The notes: generated by a model from the sequence alone, not told the origin. Shown: positions 8,441-18,945, counted from the first letter of the stretch. The stretch: DNA of 64,000 nucleotides from Rickettsiales bacterium (GCA_037968615.1 JBBKVX010000017.1:9266-73265); one strand, 5' to 3'. Numbers and translations are program-made.

Positions 8441-10705
8441 ATGACATCAGGCACCAACAATCCCGAGAACGGCCAGCCGGCGACCGGTACCGTTACGCCC
8501 GAGAACAATCTCGCGCTTCGGTACAGCTACGACCAGCTTGACGCCTCACACCGTGTGATGGCCGACCGCGTGGCCGCCCTGATTGTTGCCTATCCTGATA
8601 TTACGCGCCTGAACGACCCGGCGAAACAGCGCCAGCTTATTTCCGAAGTTATGAATTCGCCCATCGGCCGTGGCGCCCGCGACCAAGCAGGCAACGCCGC
8701 TAATGCGGCCGGGGGCCTCGCCCACCAGATTCCCGTGTTGCGCGATGTGCTGGATGCGGCTGACGCAAGCAGACGGGCAGCTCAAGGTGTGGGCGATGCC
8801 GGACATGCGGGGGCCACGGGTGTGGGCACGGCTGTATTGCCGGTGACCATTACTGCGGAAGCGGCGGGCGAATTTTATAACCAGCTTAAGGTCATTGGCA
8901 ATAATCTTTCGGCAGAGCAAGCGCGGTCGCTTGGTGCGGCCTATGCAAGTGTTTTCCAGGCGCGCGCAGTAGAGCGCGAGTCTAAGGGGATCGGTGCCGC
9001 TGTTTCGAGCGTGGATAATTTCCTGGCCTACGGCGCCGCAAGCTTTGCCTGGATCTGGGATCTGGCGCGCCAAATCCCGATCGTTGGCCCGTTGCTACAG
9101 AAACTCGATGCGCGCCCGACCCATACGTTTGATGAGCACGTGCGCCGCGCTACCAATGATGCCGATGTTAAAGCGACGCGCGAAAATCTGACGGAAGCGC
9201 GCGAGATTGATGGCGTGGATACGCGCCACTGGGCTGAAGCGTTGACCCGAGGCGGCGCGCAGCAAAACCGTGCTGGCCAGGATGTTGACGTGGTTGCTCC
9301 GAGCAAAAACGACCCAGTGCCAACCGCGCCTGACGCGCCGATGGATGCTGCGGGCACCCCCCTTGTTGCTGCAGCCGACAATGGCGCGGTTTTGAAAGAT
9401 GCCGTAGATAAAGCAGGCGATAACGCAGGCACAACGCTTGCCGAGCATTTCCGTGGTATCGACACGCCGCAAGAATGGGCGATGGTGGCCGCAGGGCTGG
9501 CGGGTGCAGGTTTTGTCGGCGTTCGTATGGCCCCGACGGTGGGTCGCGCAGGTGTTGCGGTAGCGCATGGCGCGGTGCGCAGTGGCGTTTCCGTGGCGCG
9601 TACGGCCGTGGCCGGTGTGACAGGGTTGACCGCTGGGGTAGTGCAAGGTGCGTCCGATCTGATTCCGGGCGGAAAATCCGGCCAGTTCCGCGCGGCAGAA
9701 GATGCGCTGCGCGAAGCCGAGATGCGCCGCGATGTGCGCCAAACGCGTGTGGATGCACGCCAGGCGCGCGTGGATGAATTGCAGGCCAAGCCGCTTGCCG
9801 AGCGCACGCTTGCCGACCGCGCTGCAATGAAAGTAGACGAAGTCCGTTTGGGCGGCGCACAGAATTCGCTGCGTGCGGCGGAAGAAGGTGTTGGCCGCAC
9901 TACCGCTCGCGTGGCCGAGCGCGCCGAGAATGCCGCCAGCATCATTGATAATGGTGGTCGTGGTGCAGGCCGCGTACAGCTGGCGTCGCATCTTACAGAA
10001 AATGCCGGCCGCATCGAACGTATGGGCGATGCTGCGTCTTCTGCCATTTCGCGCTTTGCCAGCAGCCGCCTTGGTGTAGAAAGCGCCGAGATCGCTGTAC
10101 GCGCCACCCGATTTGGCCGCGTTGCACGCTTTGCTGGCCGTATGATCCCGGGTGTGGGGCTGGCGGCAACGGCTGCCGCTGTCTTCATTCGCCCTTCGGA
10201 TGCCCATGCGGAAGAATATGGTAGCGCCAACTACTGGCAGCGCCTCGACCGCGACCATCAGCAGGGAAAAATCAACGACGCAGAATACGCTTCCTACCGC
10301 GCCATGCAGTCCGGCTTCCTTGCGACTGGCCTCGGCGGGTTCATTACTGCTGGTGTCACCGAAGTGGCGCAGAACGGTGGCGAGCATTTGGATAGAGAGC
10401 GCATGAGCCGTTATATGCCTCCTTCGCTGGTCGAGACCGTGACCGAAATGGTGGACGAGCACAAAGCCGGTTCACGCCGGAACGATGGCGCCTTGGGCCG
10501 CGCGGATGCGGGCATTGCGCATGCTGCCGTGGAGGCAACGCAGGTGCCGCGTGCGGCACAAGCGCAGGCTTCGTCGGCGGCGCGCCCGCTGGTGCGTAGC
10601 CAAGTAGCGGCTGTAGGCCACTTGCCTGAGGCAGAAGAGAAGCAGGGCTTCCGCCTGCCGCAGATCAAGTTGCCGTTCAAAATCGAGATGCCCCGTTTCG
10701 GCTAG
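8441..10705 (+). CDS. Large Ala/Gly-rich hypothetical protein (754 aa) with hydrophobic segments and a coiled coil
   Basis: AGGAG RBS; longest ORF in the interval; Gly-rich hydrophobic stretches (WAMVAAGLAGAGFVGV, GFLATGLGGFITAGV); no recognisable catalytic motif. Confidence 0.75.
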   Translation: MTSGTNNPENGQPATGTVTPENNLALRYSYDQLDASHRVMADRVAALIVAYPDITRLNDPAKQRQLISEVMNSPIGRGARDQAGNAANAAGGLAHQIPVLRDVLDAADASRRAAQGVGDAGHAGATGVGTAVLPVTITAEAAGEFYNQLKVIGNNLSAEQARSLGAAYASVFQARAVERESKGIGAAVSSVDNFLAYGAASFAWIWDLARQIPIVGPLLQKLDARPTHTFDEHVRRATNDADVKATRENLTEAREIDGVDTRHWAEALTRGGAQQNRAGQDVDVVAPSKNDPVPTAPDAPMDAAGTPLVAAADNGAVLKDAVDKAGDNAGTTLAEHFRGIDTPQEWAMVAAGLAGAGFVGVRMAPTVGRAGVAVAHGAVRSGVSVARTAVAGVTGLTAGVVQGASDLIPGGKSGQFRAAEDALREAEMRRDVRQTRVDARQARVDELQAKPLAERTLADRAAMKVDEVRLGGAQNSLRAAEEGVGRTTARVAERAENAASIIDNGGRGAGRVQLASHLTENAGRIERMGDAASSAISRFASSRLGVESAEIAVRATRFGRVARFAGRMIPGVGLAATAAAVFIRPSDAHAEEYGSANYWQRLDRDHQQGKINDAEYASYRAMQSGFLATGLGGFITAGVTEVAQNGGEHLDRERMSRYMPPSLVETVTEMVDEHKAGSRRNDGALGRADAGIAHAAVEATQVPRAAQAQASSAARPLVRSQVAAVGHLPEAEEKQGFRLPQIKLPFKIEMPRFG

Positions 10706-10816
10706 GCCTGTTTCAAGCGCTTCGCCGCTTTGCGCACAATTTTAATTCACGCATCATTTGTTGGTTGCGCCCCCGCGCGGCTCTTGTAGTTTCTTTCGAA
10801 ACGAGGAGCGACCCGA

Positions 10817-11752
10817 ATGGCGAATGTGCAGAAAATCCAGGAATCGAATATGAACGAACTCAGCGAAACGGCGCCGACAAAGCGTGCGGTGTCGCCAGCT
10901 TTGGAGGAGATCCTCTACGATCCGATTCCGGTGCTTGACCATGGGTTCGTGCGGGTGATCGATTACATGGGCGACGATTCGGCCATCGTGCAGGCGGCGC
11001 GAGTGAGCTACGGGCGCGGCACCAAGCAGGTGAGCCAGGATAAGGGCCTCATCAACTACCTAATGCGCCACTGGCACAGCACGCCGTTCGAGATGTGCGA
11101 AATTAAGTTCCATGTGAAGCTGCCGATTTTCGTGGCGCGGCAATGGATCCGCCATCGCACGGCGAACGTGAACGAGTACTCGGCGCGCTATTCCATCATG
11201 GACAAGGAATTCTACATTCCGGAGCTGAAACATCTCAGCCCGCAATCGAAGAAGAACCATCAGGGCCGCAGCGAAGGCGAACTCACCGCCGAGGAGAGCA
11301 AGCGCGTGATGGAGATCCTGAAAGGTGATTCGGAGATGGTGTACAGCCATTACGAAGAGCTGATGAACGCGGACGCCACCGGCACCGTGATCGATGAGGA
11401 CAAATCCGGCATCGCCCGCGAGCTGGCGCGCATGAACCTGACGCTGAACTACTACACGCAATGGTACTGGAAGATTGACCTGCATTACCTGATGCATTTC
11501 CTGATGCTGCGCGCGGACCCGCATGCGCAGTACGAAATCCGCGCCTACGCCGATGTAATGATCGAGATGGTGAAGAAATGGGTGCCGTTCGCGTACGAAG
11601 CATTCGTCGAGCATCGCTTGCATGGCACGCGCCTGTCGCGCAGCGGCATGGCGGTGGTGAAGCGCCTGCTGGCCGGTGAAGCGGTGACGCAGGAGAACTC
11701 GAACCTCACGAAACGTGAGTGGGACGAGCTTCAGGCGACGCTGCAGGCGTAG
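10817..11752 (+). CDS. thyX: FAD-dependent thymidylate synthase
   Basis: [14 protein letters not shown] (RHRx7S), HSTPFE and HAQYEIR motifs. Confidence 0.96.
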   Translation: MANVQKIQESNMNELSETAPTKRAVSPALEEILYDPIPVLDHGFVRVIDYMGDDSAIVQAARVSYGRGTKQVSQDKGLINYLMRHWHSTPFEMCEIKFHVKLPIFVARQWIRHRTANVNEYSARYSIMDKEFYIPELKHLSPQSKKNHQGRSEGELTAEESKRVMEILKGDSEMVYSHYEELMNADATGTVIDEDKSGIARELARMNLTLNYYTQWYWKIDLHYLMHFLMLRADPHAQYEIRAYADVMIEMVKKWVPFAYEAFVEHRLHGTRLSRSGMAVVKRLLAGEAVTQENSNLTKREWDELQATLQA

Positions 11753-11902
11753 GCGGCGTTCGCTGCTTAGGGTGATTTAAAAAATAACGGTATTTCAATA
11801 GCCTTTGCCGCGCCCCTGCCCATTTAATAGACGGATTGCCTTATATGCTGCATCGCAACATAAGGGGTGGACATCGCGCCCTGCCTGACCTATAAAATCC
11901 TC

Positions 11903-12157
11903 ATGAAATATTGTCTCTGTATCGCCGCACTCTTTGCCTGTTCCGCCCCGGCTTGGGCGCAATCGGCCCCACAACATCTGTCGCCCGTACAGCAATATCT
12001 GTACAACGACACGGGCTACGCCCCGCGCATGCAGGCCCCGGCGCCCGAACCCGTCGAACCTTACGACATGGTCTACGCCCCCGAATCGACGCAAGACGAT
12101 TCTGGTTACAGCAGTAACGAGCACCTCAATAAAGGGGTGACGGGGATGAACTTCTAG
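11903..12157 (+). CDS. Small secreted hypothetical protein
   Basis: MKYCLCIAALFACSAPAWA signal peptide; Pro/Tyr-rich body; C-terminal Phe. Confidence 0.55.
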   Translation: MKYCLCIAALFACSAPAWAQSAPQHLSPVQQYLYNDTGYAPRMQAPAPEPVEPYDMVYAPESTQDDSGYSSNEHLNKGVTGMNF

Positions 12158-12187
12158 TTTGTGAAGTCGCCTGCACGCGCTTCGGCG

Positions 12188-12970
12188 TTATAATTTCCCA
12201 GCCAAATCCTTGAACGCATCGCTCGCGATGCGCTGTCCAGTATCGGCCGCTTCGCGCAAGGCGGGGTCGAGTGGCAGTTGCGCCAGCAGCGGTGTTTCAA
12301 ATTGCGCCGCCATGGCCGCGCCACCGCCGCTGCCGAACAGGCATTGTTTCTGGCCGTTCGCATCACTGAAGTAGCTCATATTTTCGACGATGCCGAGCAG
12401 CGGAATGTTCAATTTCTGGAACATGAAGGCGGATTTTTCAGCGTCGATCACCGAGATCATTTGCGGCGTGGTGACGATGAGTGCGCCATCGATGGGCACG
12501 GATTGCGCGAGGCTGAGATGCACGTCGCCGGTGCCGGGCGGCATGTCGATGAGCAATACATCGAGCGGTTCGGCGTCGGTGCCCCAACGCGTGCCGCGCA
12601 GCAGTTGCGCGAGCGCTTTCGTTACCATTGGTGCGCGCATCACGGCGGCTTGGTTGTCCATCAGCAGCGCGATGGACATGGCTTTGATGCCGTAGGCCAC
12701 GGGCGGCACCATCGCGCCATCGGTGAATTCGGGTTTGAGGCGCGTTTCCAAACCGAGCATGCGCGGAATGCTGGGGCCGTAAATATCGGCGTCGAGAATA
12801 CCGACGCGTTGGCCGCACGCAGTAAGTGCATGTGCAAGATTCACCGTGACGGTGGATTTTCCGACACCGCCTTTGCCGCTGGCCACAGCCACAATGCGTC
12901 GGACACCGGAGAGTTTTTCGGTGTTCCAAACGGCGGGGCGGCGTGCGGCAGGATCGTTCATAAATGACAT
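12188..12970 (-). CDS. mrp: Mrp/NBP35 (ApbC) Fe-S cluster carrier ATPase
   Basis: ASGKGGVGKST, DADIYGPSIP, DMPPGTGD and VENMS motifs. Confidence 0.9.
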   Translation of the reverse strand: MSFMNDPAARRPAVWNTEKLSGVRRIVAVASGKGGVGKSTVTVNLAHALTACGQRVGILDADIYGPSIPRMLGLETRLKPEFTDGAMVPPVAYGIKAMSIALLMDNQAAVMRAPMVTKALAQLLRGTRWGTDAEPLDVLLIDMPPGTGDVHLSLAQSVPIDGALIVTTPQMISVIDAEKSAFMFQKLNIPLLGIVENMSYFSDANGQKQCLFGSGGGAAMAAQFETPLLAQLPLDPALREAADTGQRIASDAFKDLAGKL

Positions 12971-13037
12971 GCGTGCTTGAAGCGTGGACGGAACGCTTCT
13001 ATATATCGGACAGCATTTTTCGCATAGAGGATAAACC

Positions 13038-14207
13038 ATGGCCAATAATAAAAACCCCTGGGCACGCGGGGGCAATTCGGGCGGAACCGGCGGTGGTTCG
13101 GGCAATGGCGGCAACAATGGCGGCATGGGCGGCCCCAAAAAACCGGCACCCGATATGGAAAAAATTCTGCGCATGCAGCACGACCGCATGCGCGGCTGGT
13201 TCGGCAATGGCAACGAGAAGCGCGCGATTCCCTTAGTACTGGCGGCGATTTTTGTGCTGTGGATTGCTTCGGGCATCTATCGCGTGAACCCGGATGAACT
13301 GGGTGTGGTGCTGCGCTTTGGCAAATACGAACGCACGACCACGCCGGGCCTGAACTACCATCTGCCCGCCCCGTTCGAAACGGTGCTCATTCCCTCGGTG
13401 ACCACGGTAAACAAAGTAGAGATTGGCCGTCAGGGCAGCAGCGCCGACAATCCGACGCTGCGCCAGTCGAAGGTATTGAACGCCGATCGCAGCACGCAGC
13501 AATTGCGCGAAGGCCAGATGCTGACGGGCGACCGCAACATCGTCGATGTCGATTTCGAAGTGCAGTGGAAAATCGATGTGTCGGCGCCAGAGGATTATTT
13601 GTTCAACATGCGTGAGCCGGAGCTGAACGTGAAATCGGTCGCCGAATCGGCGATGCGCGAAGTGATCGGCCGTAACAAGCTGGACGATATTCTTACCAGC
13701 GCGCAATCGCAGATCGCTGAGGATACCAAATCCATCATGCAGGAAATGTTCGACCGCTATCAAGCGGGCGTGGAAATTCTGGCGGTGAACTTGAGCCGCC
13801 CGGATGTACCGCAACCGGTGATCGACGAATTCCAGGACGTGAAACGCGCCGAGCAGGACAAGCAAACGGCAGAGTCGGTGGCAGAAGGGTACGCCAACGA
13901 GATAATCCCCACGGCGAAGGGCCAATCGGCGAAAATGAACCAGGATGCCGAGGCCTACAAAGCCAAGACCATCGCCGATGCGGAGGGCAATGCCTCGCGC
14001 TACAACCAGATCTATACGCAATACGCGCAGGCCAAGGATGTAACGAAAAAGCGCATCTATCTGGAGACCATGGAAGAAGTGCTGAAAGGCATGCCGAAAA
14101 TGATCATCGATCGTAAAGCCCAAGGCAATGGCGGCATGATGCAGTGGGTGCCGACACCGGCCCCACGCAATGCTGCCACCCCGGCCGCCACCGCCGCCGG
14201 ACAGTAG
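13038..14207 (+). CDS. hflK: FtsH modulator HflK
   Basis: NPW N-terminus, Gly-rich linker, SPFH domain, RIYLETMEEVL. Confidence 0.95.
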   Translation: MANNKNPWARGGNSGGTGGGSGNGGNNGGMGGPKKPAPDMEKILRMQHDRMRGWFGNGNEKRAIPLVLAAIFVLWIASGIYRVNPDELGVVLRFGKYERTTTPGLNYHLPAPFETVLIPSVTTVNKVEIGRQGSSADNPTLRQSKVLNADRSTQQLREGQMLTGDRNIVDVDFEVQWKIDVSAPEDYLFNMREPELNVKSVAESAMREVIGRNKLDDILTSAQSQIAEDTKSIMQEMFDRYQAGVEILAVNLSRPDVPQPVIDEFQDVKRAEQDKQTAESVAEGYANEIIPTAKGQSAKMNQDAEAYKAKTIADAEGNASRYNQIYTQYAQAKDVTKKRIYLETMEEVLKGMPKMIIDRKAQGNGGMMQWVPTPAPRNAATPAATAAGQ

Positions 14208-14216
14208 GAGAGACAT

Positions 14217-15131
14217 ATGCCGAGCATTGTTATAAAAATTGGGATCGCACTTTTTGCCGTGGTGGTGCTGCTCAGCTCCAGCCTGTTCATTGTGCCGCAA
14301 ACGGGCCAGGCGTTGGTGCTGCAGTTCGGCGAAATCGTGCGGTTGGAAAAAGAGCCGGGCCTGAACGCCAAGCTTCCGTTCGTGCAGAACGTGCTGATGT
14401 TCGACAAACGCATTCTGGGTTTTGAAGCGCAACCGGCGGAGTTCATCACCCGCAACCGCGCGATGGACGTGGACGAGCGCGTGGTGATCGATGCGTTCGT
14501 GCGCTACCGCATCACCGACCCGCAGCAATTCTACCAGTCGGTGAAAAATGAAATGAACCTGAACAGCCGCCTGAATTCGGTGGTGGTGTCGAGCATGCGC
14601 CGCGTGCTGGGCAACCATTCGCTGGCCGATCTGTTGAGCAACGAGCGCGACGGCATCATGCGCGAGATTCGCGATACGGTGAACAAGCAGGCGCAGGGCG
14701 TGGCGCTGACTGAGGCGAATAAGGACTCACGCCGCAGCGAGGGCTTCGGTATCGAAGTGGTGGATGTGCGCATCATGCGTGCCGATCTGCCGAGCGACAT
14801 TTCGCAATCGACCTACGAGCGCATGCGCAAGAACTTCACTAAGGAAGCGCAACGTTTCCGCGCCGAGGGCGAGCAGAAAGCGTTGGAAGTGCGAGCGAAG
14901 GCCGACCGTGAACGTACCGAAATTCTTGCCGAGGCACGCAAGAATTCGGAAACGATTCGCGGGAACGGCGATGCGCAGGCTTCAAAAATCTACGCCGATG
15001 CGTTCGGCCGCGACCCGGAGTTCTTCCGCTTCTACCGCTCCATGCAGGCCTACCGCGCCACGTTGGGCAAGGACGACACCACCATCGTGTTGTCGCCGGA
15101 TAGCGGATTCCTGAAGGAACTGAACCAGTAA
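14217..15131 (+). CDS. hflC: FtsH modulator HflC
   Basis: SPFH domain; FGIEVVDVRI and DPEFFRFYRSMQAY motifs. Confidence 0.95.
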   Translation: MPSIVIKIGIALFAVVVLLSSSLFIVPQTGQALVLQFGEIVRLEKEPGLNAKLPFVQNVLMFDKRILGFEAQPAEFITRNRAMDVDERVVIDAFVRYRITDPQQFYQSVKNEMNLNSRLNSVVVSSMRRVLGNHSLADLLSNERDGIMREIRDTVNKQAQGVALTEANKDSRRSEGFGIEVVDVRIMRADLPSDISQSTYERMRKNFTKEAQRFRAEGEQKALEVRAKADRERTEILAEARKNSETIRGNGDAQASKIYADAFGRDPEFFRFYRSMQAYRATLGKDDTTIVLSPDSGFLKELNQ

Positions 15132-15165
15132 TCTACTCATAAAAAACGTTGCCTGAGGAGTTGTT

Positions 15166-16614
15166 ATGTTGCGCAGCATTTCTCGTCTCATTGCGGCCGC
15201 AGTGGTGGCCGTACCGCTGATGGCGCAGGCCCAGCCGGAATCGTTCGCCCCCGTGGTGGCGCCGCTCATGCCGGCGGTGGTGAACATCTCCACCACACAA
15301 AAAGTAGTGACGCAGGCTGCCGTGCCGTTCCGCATCGAGGGGCTGCCGGAAGGCGACCCGCAGGCCGAGCAATTCAAGGAACTGTTCCGCCAGTTCGGTG
15401 AACGTTTCGGCGGTGGCGACAGCGAGCGCGAAGTGACATCGCTGGGCTCCGGCTTCGTGATCGACCCCAAAGGCTACGTGGTGACCAACAATCATGTGGT
15501 GGCCAATGCCGATGAGGTGACGGTGATCTTCAGTGACAACACGCATCTGGTGGCCGATATCGTGGGCCGCGACGCGAAGACCGATCTGGCGCTGCTGAAA
15601 GTGAAGCCCGCGAAGCCGCTGGCCTATGTGAAATTCGGCGATTCCGATGCGTTGAAAGTGGGCGACTGGGTGATTGCGGTGGGCAACCCGTTCGGCCTCG
15701 GCGGCTCGGTGAGTGCGGGCATCGTAAGCGCGCGCGGTCGCAACATCAATGCCGGGCCGTTCGACGATTTTATCCAGACGGACGCAGCCATCAATCGGGG
15801 TAATTCCGGTGGGCCGTTGTTCAACGCCACGGGCGAAGTGGTGGGTATCAACTCTGCCATTTTCTCGCCCACGGGCACCAACATTGGTATTGGCTTTGCA
15901 GTGCCGACCTCGCTGGCCAAACCGGTGCTCGACCAGTTGCGCCAATATGGCAAAGCGCAACGCGCATGGCTGGGTGTAAAAATCCAGGAAGTGAACGAAG
16001 AAATCGCCGAAGCCATCGGCATGAAATCACCCAGTGGCGCGCTGTTGCTGGAGATCACGCCGGACAGCCCCGCCGCCAAAGCAGGTCTGCAAAAGGGCGA
16101 TGTGATCCTCACGTTCGGTGGCCGTACCATCAAGGAAATGCGCAACCTGCCGCGCGTGGTGGCGGAAACAAAAACCAATACCAAGGTGGCGGTACAGCTG
16201 TTCCGCAAAGGCAAAACGATGACGCTGCCAGTGTTGCTGGAAGAGCAGCCCGGTGAGGAAGGCGACGCCCCGACGAACAAGAAGCCGGGTGCGAAACCGG
16301 TGGTGCCGAGCGCTAAGACCAGCCGCGTGCTTGGCATGCAGCTGGCGCCGCTCGACATGGCGGTGCGCGCGCAATTCGGCATTCCGAAGGACATCAAGGG
16401 TCTGTTGGTGACGGAGCTCGACCGCAACGGCGATGTGGCCAAACAGGGTGTGCGCCCCGGCGATGTCATCACCGATGTGAACCAGACGCCCGTGGCCAAG
16501 CCCGAGGATGTGAGCGCGCAAGTGGCGGCGGTGAAGAAGGCGCGACGTGAGTTCCTGCTGATGCGGATTGCGCGCGGCAGTGCCCTCCAATTCGTCACCG
16601 TTCCGGTGAAATAG
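15166..16614 (+). CDS. degP: DegP/DegQ (Do family) serine protease with two PDZ domains
   Basis: TNNHV, TDLALLK and QTDAAINRGNSGGPL catalytic triad motifs; follows hflKC. Confidence 0.92.
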   Translation: MLRSISRLIAAAVVAVPLMAQAQPESFAPVVAPLMPAVVNISTTQKVVTQAAVPFRIEGLPEGDPQAEQFKELFRQFGERFGGGDSEREVTSLGSGFVIDPKGYVVTNNHVVANADEVTVIFSDNTHLVADIVGRDAKTDLALLKVKPAKPLAYVKFGDSDALKVGDWVIAVGNPFGLGGSVSAGIVSARGRNINAGPFDDFIQTDAAINRGNSGGPLFNATGEVVGINSAIFSPTGTNIGIGFAVPTSLAKPVLDQLRQYGKAQRAWLGVKIQEVNEEIAEAIGMKSPSGALLLEITPDSPAAKAGLQKGDVILTFGGRTIKEMRNLPRVVAETKTNTKVAVQLFRKGKTMTLPVLLEEQPGEEGDAPTNKKPGAKPVVPSAKTSRVLGMQLAPLDMAVRAQFGIPKDIKGLLVTELDRNGDVAKQGVRPGDVITDVNQTPVAKPEDVSAQVAAVKKARREFLLMRIARGSALQFVTVPVK

Positions 16615-16695
16615 GTGGCCTGAAAACGGACCACCTGTCGCCCCGGGAAATGCCGGAACGCCACTCCTGGCATCTGGCCCATTTTGAGGCCGCCC
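16614..16695. repeat. Palindromic element family A (RPE1-like), internally deleted copy
   Basis: Ends GGTGGCCTGAAAACGGACCA...TGGCCCATTTTGAGGCCGCC match the copy at 29045-29162. Confidence 0.7.
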
Positions 16696-16728
16696 GCTTT
16701 GCGGAGTAAGCAGGATTAGCGAAGGACG

Positions 16729-16746
16729 ATGTCATGAAAGCTTCAT
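16729..16746 (+). promoter_or_regulatory. Direct-repeat box ATGTCAT-N4-GCTTCAT
   Basis: Nearly identical to the box at 6824; upstream of orphan 16794. Confidence 0.55.
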
Positions 16747-16793
16747 ACAGTTATTGTTTTGCCGATGTATGAGAGAGGCTTAGGGAGAGTAGC

Positions 16794-17156
16794 ATGCAAG
16801 ATGAGAATACATCGTTCTGGCCAGAGCAGGTGCCGGTATCGAGCCCAGAGCTCGTAAATGGTCGGGGATCCATTTTGCGTATGGAGCCTCAGCCCGCGTC
16901 ACCGAAAGCAGCGCATGCGCACGAGTTGAATATCATTTACAAAGCCTCCAGCGCCGATCCGGCCTCGTTGGCAAAAGACGCGACGGAGGCGGCGATTGCG
17001 CTGCTCAAGCAGCATGGGCTAGAAGCGGAGCCAACGGTTTCGTATACCCGGAATACGCCACGACTGAAGGTGACGACCGAAATCGGCAGCTACCAATTCC
17101 GTCAAAAAATGCGCGACGTGAACCACGCGTTGGGCGACCCGGCCATTTGCTTTTAA
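16794..17156 (+). CDS. Hypothetical protein (120 aa)
   Basis: GGGAGAG RBS; fills the degP-serB gap; stop overlaps the serB stop (TTAA). Confidence 0.6.
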   Translation: MQDENTSFWPEQVPVSSPELVNGRGSILRMEPQPASPKAAHAHELNIIYKASSADPASLAKDATEAAIALLKQHGLEAEPTVSYTRNTPRLKVTTEIGSYQFRQKMRDVNHALGDPAICF

Positions 17157-18019
17157 GTGGTGGCCCACTCGCTTTTGGCAATGCCCTGGGCATAGAGCGC
17201 GGCGGTGAGATCATTGAAATTGACGACGTGTTTCGCCTGCGCCTGCACGGTGGGTTTGGCGTGGTAGGCGATGCCGAGCCCCGCGTCGAGCAGCATGGGC
17301 AGGTCGTTGGCGCCGTCGCCGAGAGCAAGAGAGGCGCTAAGCGCGAGGTCTTTTTTCTGCGCGGTGCGGTGCAGGCTTTCGCGTTTGCTTTCTTTGTCGA
17401 GGATGGGGTCGAGCACGCGGCCAGTGAGGCTGCCATCGATAATTTCCAGCTGGTTGGCCTCGTCGCCATCGAAGCCCAACGCCGTGGCGACGCGCCCGGT
17501 GAAGAAGCGGAAACCTCCGGAGACCAACAGGCAATAAGCGCCGCGCGCTTTCATGGTTTGCACCAACGTGCGCGCCCCCGCCATTAACGTAATTTTGGAA
17601 TCGAATACTTCTTGTAAAGCTGCTTCCGGCAGGTCTTTCAGTAGGGCCACGCGCTCGCGCAGGGCCGCAGCAAAATCAAGTTCGCCGTTCATGGCGCGCT
17701 CGGTGATGGCGCTGACATGGTCTTTCAAACCCATATAGCCCGCCAGCTCGTCGATGCATTCCTGATCGATCATCGTGGAATCCATGTCGGAGATGAGCAG
17801 GCGTTTTTCGCGTCCTTCGCTGGGCTGCAGAATATGGTCGATGCGCGCGGTAGCGAGGCGTTGGGGCAAGGCGGCGTCCATCAGCGGACTGGCGAGGGTG
17901 AGATCGGCGGCGATGCCCTCGGCGAGCCATTGCCATTGCGGTGCGCGCAGCGAAGTGGCAATCTCGGCCGCAGGAAGCGTGGTGCCGGGTGCGGCGATCA
18001 GGGTGAGTGTATGGGTCAT
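17153..18019 (-). CDS. serB: Phosphoserine phosphatase
   Basis: HAD motifs DMDST, LVSGGF, GDGANDL; ECIDELA. Confidence 0.95.
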   Translation of the reverse strand: MTHTLTLIAAPGTTLPAAEIATSLRAPQWQWLAEGIAADLTLASPLMDAALPQRLATARIDHILQPSEGREKRLLISDMDSTMIDQECIDELAGYMGLKDHVSAITERAMNGELDFAAALRERVALLKDLPEAALQEVFDSKITLMAGARTLVQTMKARGAYCLLVSGGFRFFTGRVATALGFDGDEANQLEIIDGSLTGRVLDPILDKESKRESLHRTAQKKDLALSASLALGDGANDLPMLLDAGLGIAYHAKPTVQAQAKHVVNFNDLTAALYAQGIAKSEWATT

Positions 18020-18913
18020 AAGAATATCGCGGTGTTGATGGGGCCGACCGGCTCGGGTAAATCGGCGTTGGCGCTAGCAGTAGCGGCATCGCGGCCCGCT
18101 GTCATCATCAATGCCGATGCGATGCAGATGTCGGGCGCACTGCGCGTACTCAGCGCGCGGCCCAGCGTGGAGGAAGAAGCGCAGGCGGAACACGCACTGT
18201 ACGGCGTGCTGCGCGCCCAGGAGCCGAGCAGCGTGGCGCGCTGGCTGGCGCTGGTGGAGCCGGTGATTCGCCGCGCGTGGGACGAGGGAAAACTGCCGCT
18301 GCTGGTGGGTGGCACGGGCATGTATGTGAAAGCGCTGAAAGAAGGTCTGGCGAACATTCCGCCAATTCCGGAAGAGTTGCGCACGCGACTGCGCGCGATG
18401 GACGCGGCGTCGGTGCGCGCGATGCTGGAGCAGCGCGACCCAGCCATGGCGGCGCAGTTGAAACCGGGTGACAGCCAGCGTAATCTCCGTGCGCTGGAGG
18501 TGCTGGAAGCCACCGGCCAGAGCCTAGCAGCATGGCAAGCGCAGGACACGCCGCCGCCGCTGCCGGAAGCCGTGTTCCACGAGTTCTACATCGCGGTGGA
18601 GAAGCCAGTGCTGTATCCGCGCCTCGATGCGCGGTTCGAGGCAATGCTGGAACAGGGCGCGCTGGAGGAAGTGCGGGCACTGGCGGCGCTTGGGTTATCG
18701 CCCGACAACCCCATCACCCGCGCCCATGGCGTGCCGGAACTGGCCGCCTACCTGCGCGGTGATATGACGCGCGAAGCGGCGGTCGCCCAAGCCCAGCAGA
18801 ACACCCGCAACTACGCCAAGCGCCAGCAAACCTGGCTGCGCAACCAACTGGGCGGGGCGATGGCGCTCACCGGGCAGAGGGCAGAAGCTGGCTATTTCAC
18901 GAAATTGTCATGA
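18011..18913 (+). CDS. miaA: tRNA dimethylallyltransferase
   Basis: GPTGSGKS, INADAMQ, VGGTGMY and RNYAKRQQTW motifs; ATG at 18011. Confidence 0.93.
   Translation: MGHKNIAVLMGPTGSGKSALALAVAASRPAVIINADAMQMSGALRVLSARPSVEEEAQAEHALYGVLRAQEPSSVARWLALVEPVIRRAWDEGKLPLLVGGTGMYVKALKEGLANIPPIPEELRTRLRAMDAASVRAMLEQRDPAMAAQLKPGDSQRNLRALEVLEATGQSLAAWQAQDTPPPLPEAVFHEFYIAVEKPVLYPRLDARFEAMLEQGALEEVRALAALGLSPDNPITRAHGVPELAAYLRGDMTREAAVAQAQQNTRNYAKRQQTWLRNQLGGAMALTGQRAEAGYFTKLS
18894..18911 (+). promoter_or_regulatory. Direct-repeat box ATTTCAC-N4-TTGTCAT
   Basis: 11-bp register, 22 bp upstream of TAGGGT, ahead of orphan 18946. Confidence 0.5.
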
Positions 18914-18945
18914 ATGCTGGCGCGTGGGTTTGCTAGGGTCGTGCC

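Noticed and set aside
9028-10462. Long minus-strand ORFs (400 and 455 aa)
   Set aside because: They are antisense shadows of the 754-aa ORF, which has the RBS and promoter; such shadows are common in GC-rich DNA.
17142-17156. C-terminal CaaX prenylation motif in orphan 16794 (...AICF)
   Set aside because: The Cys is at position -2, not -4.
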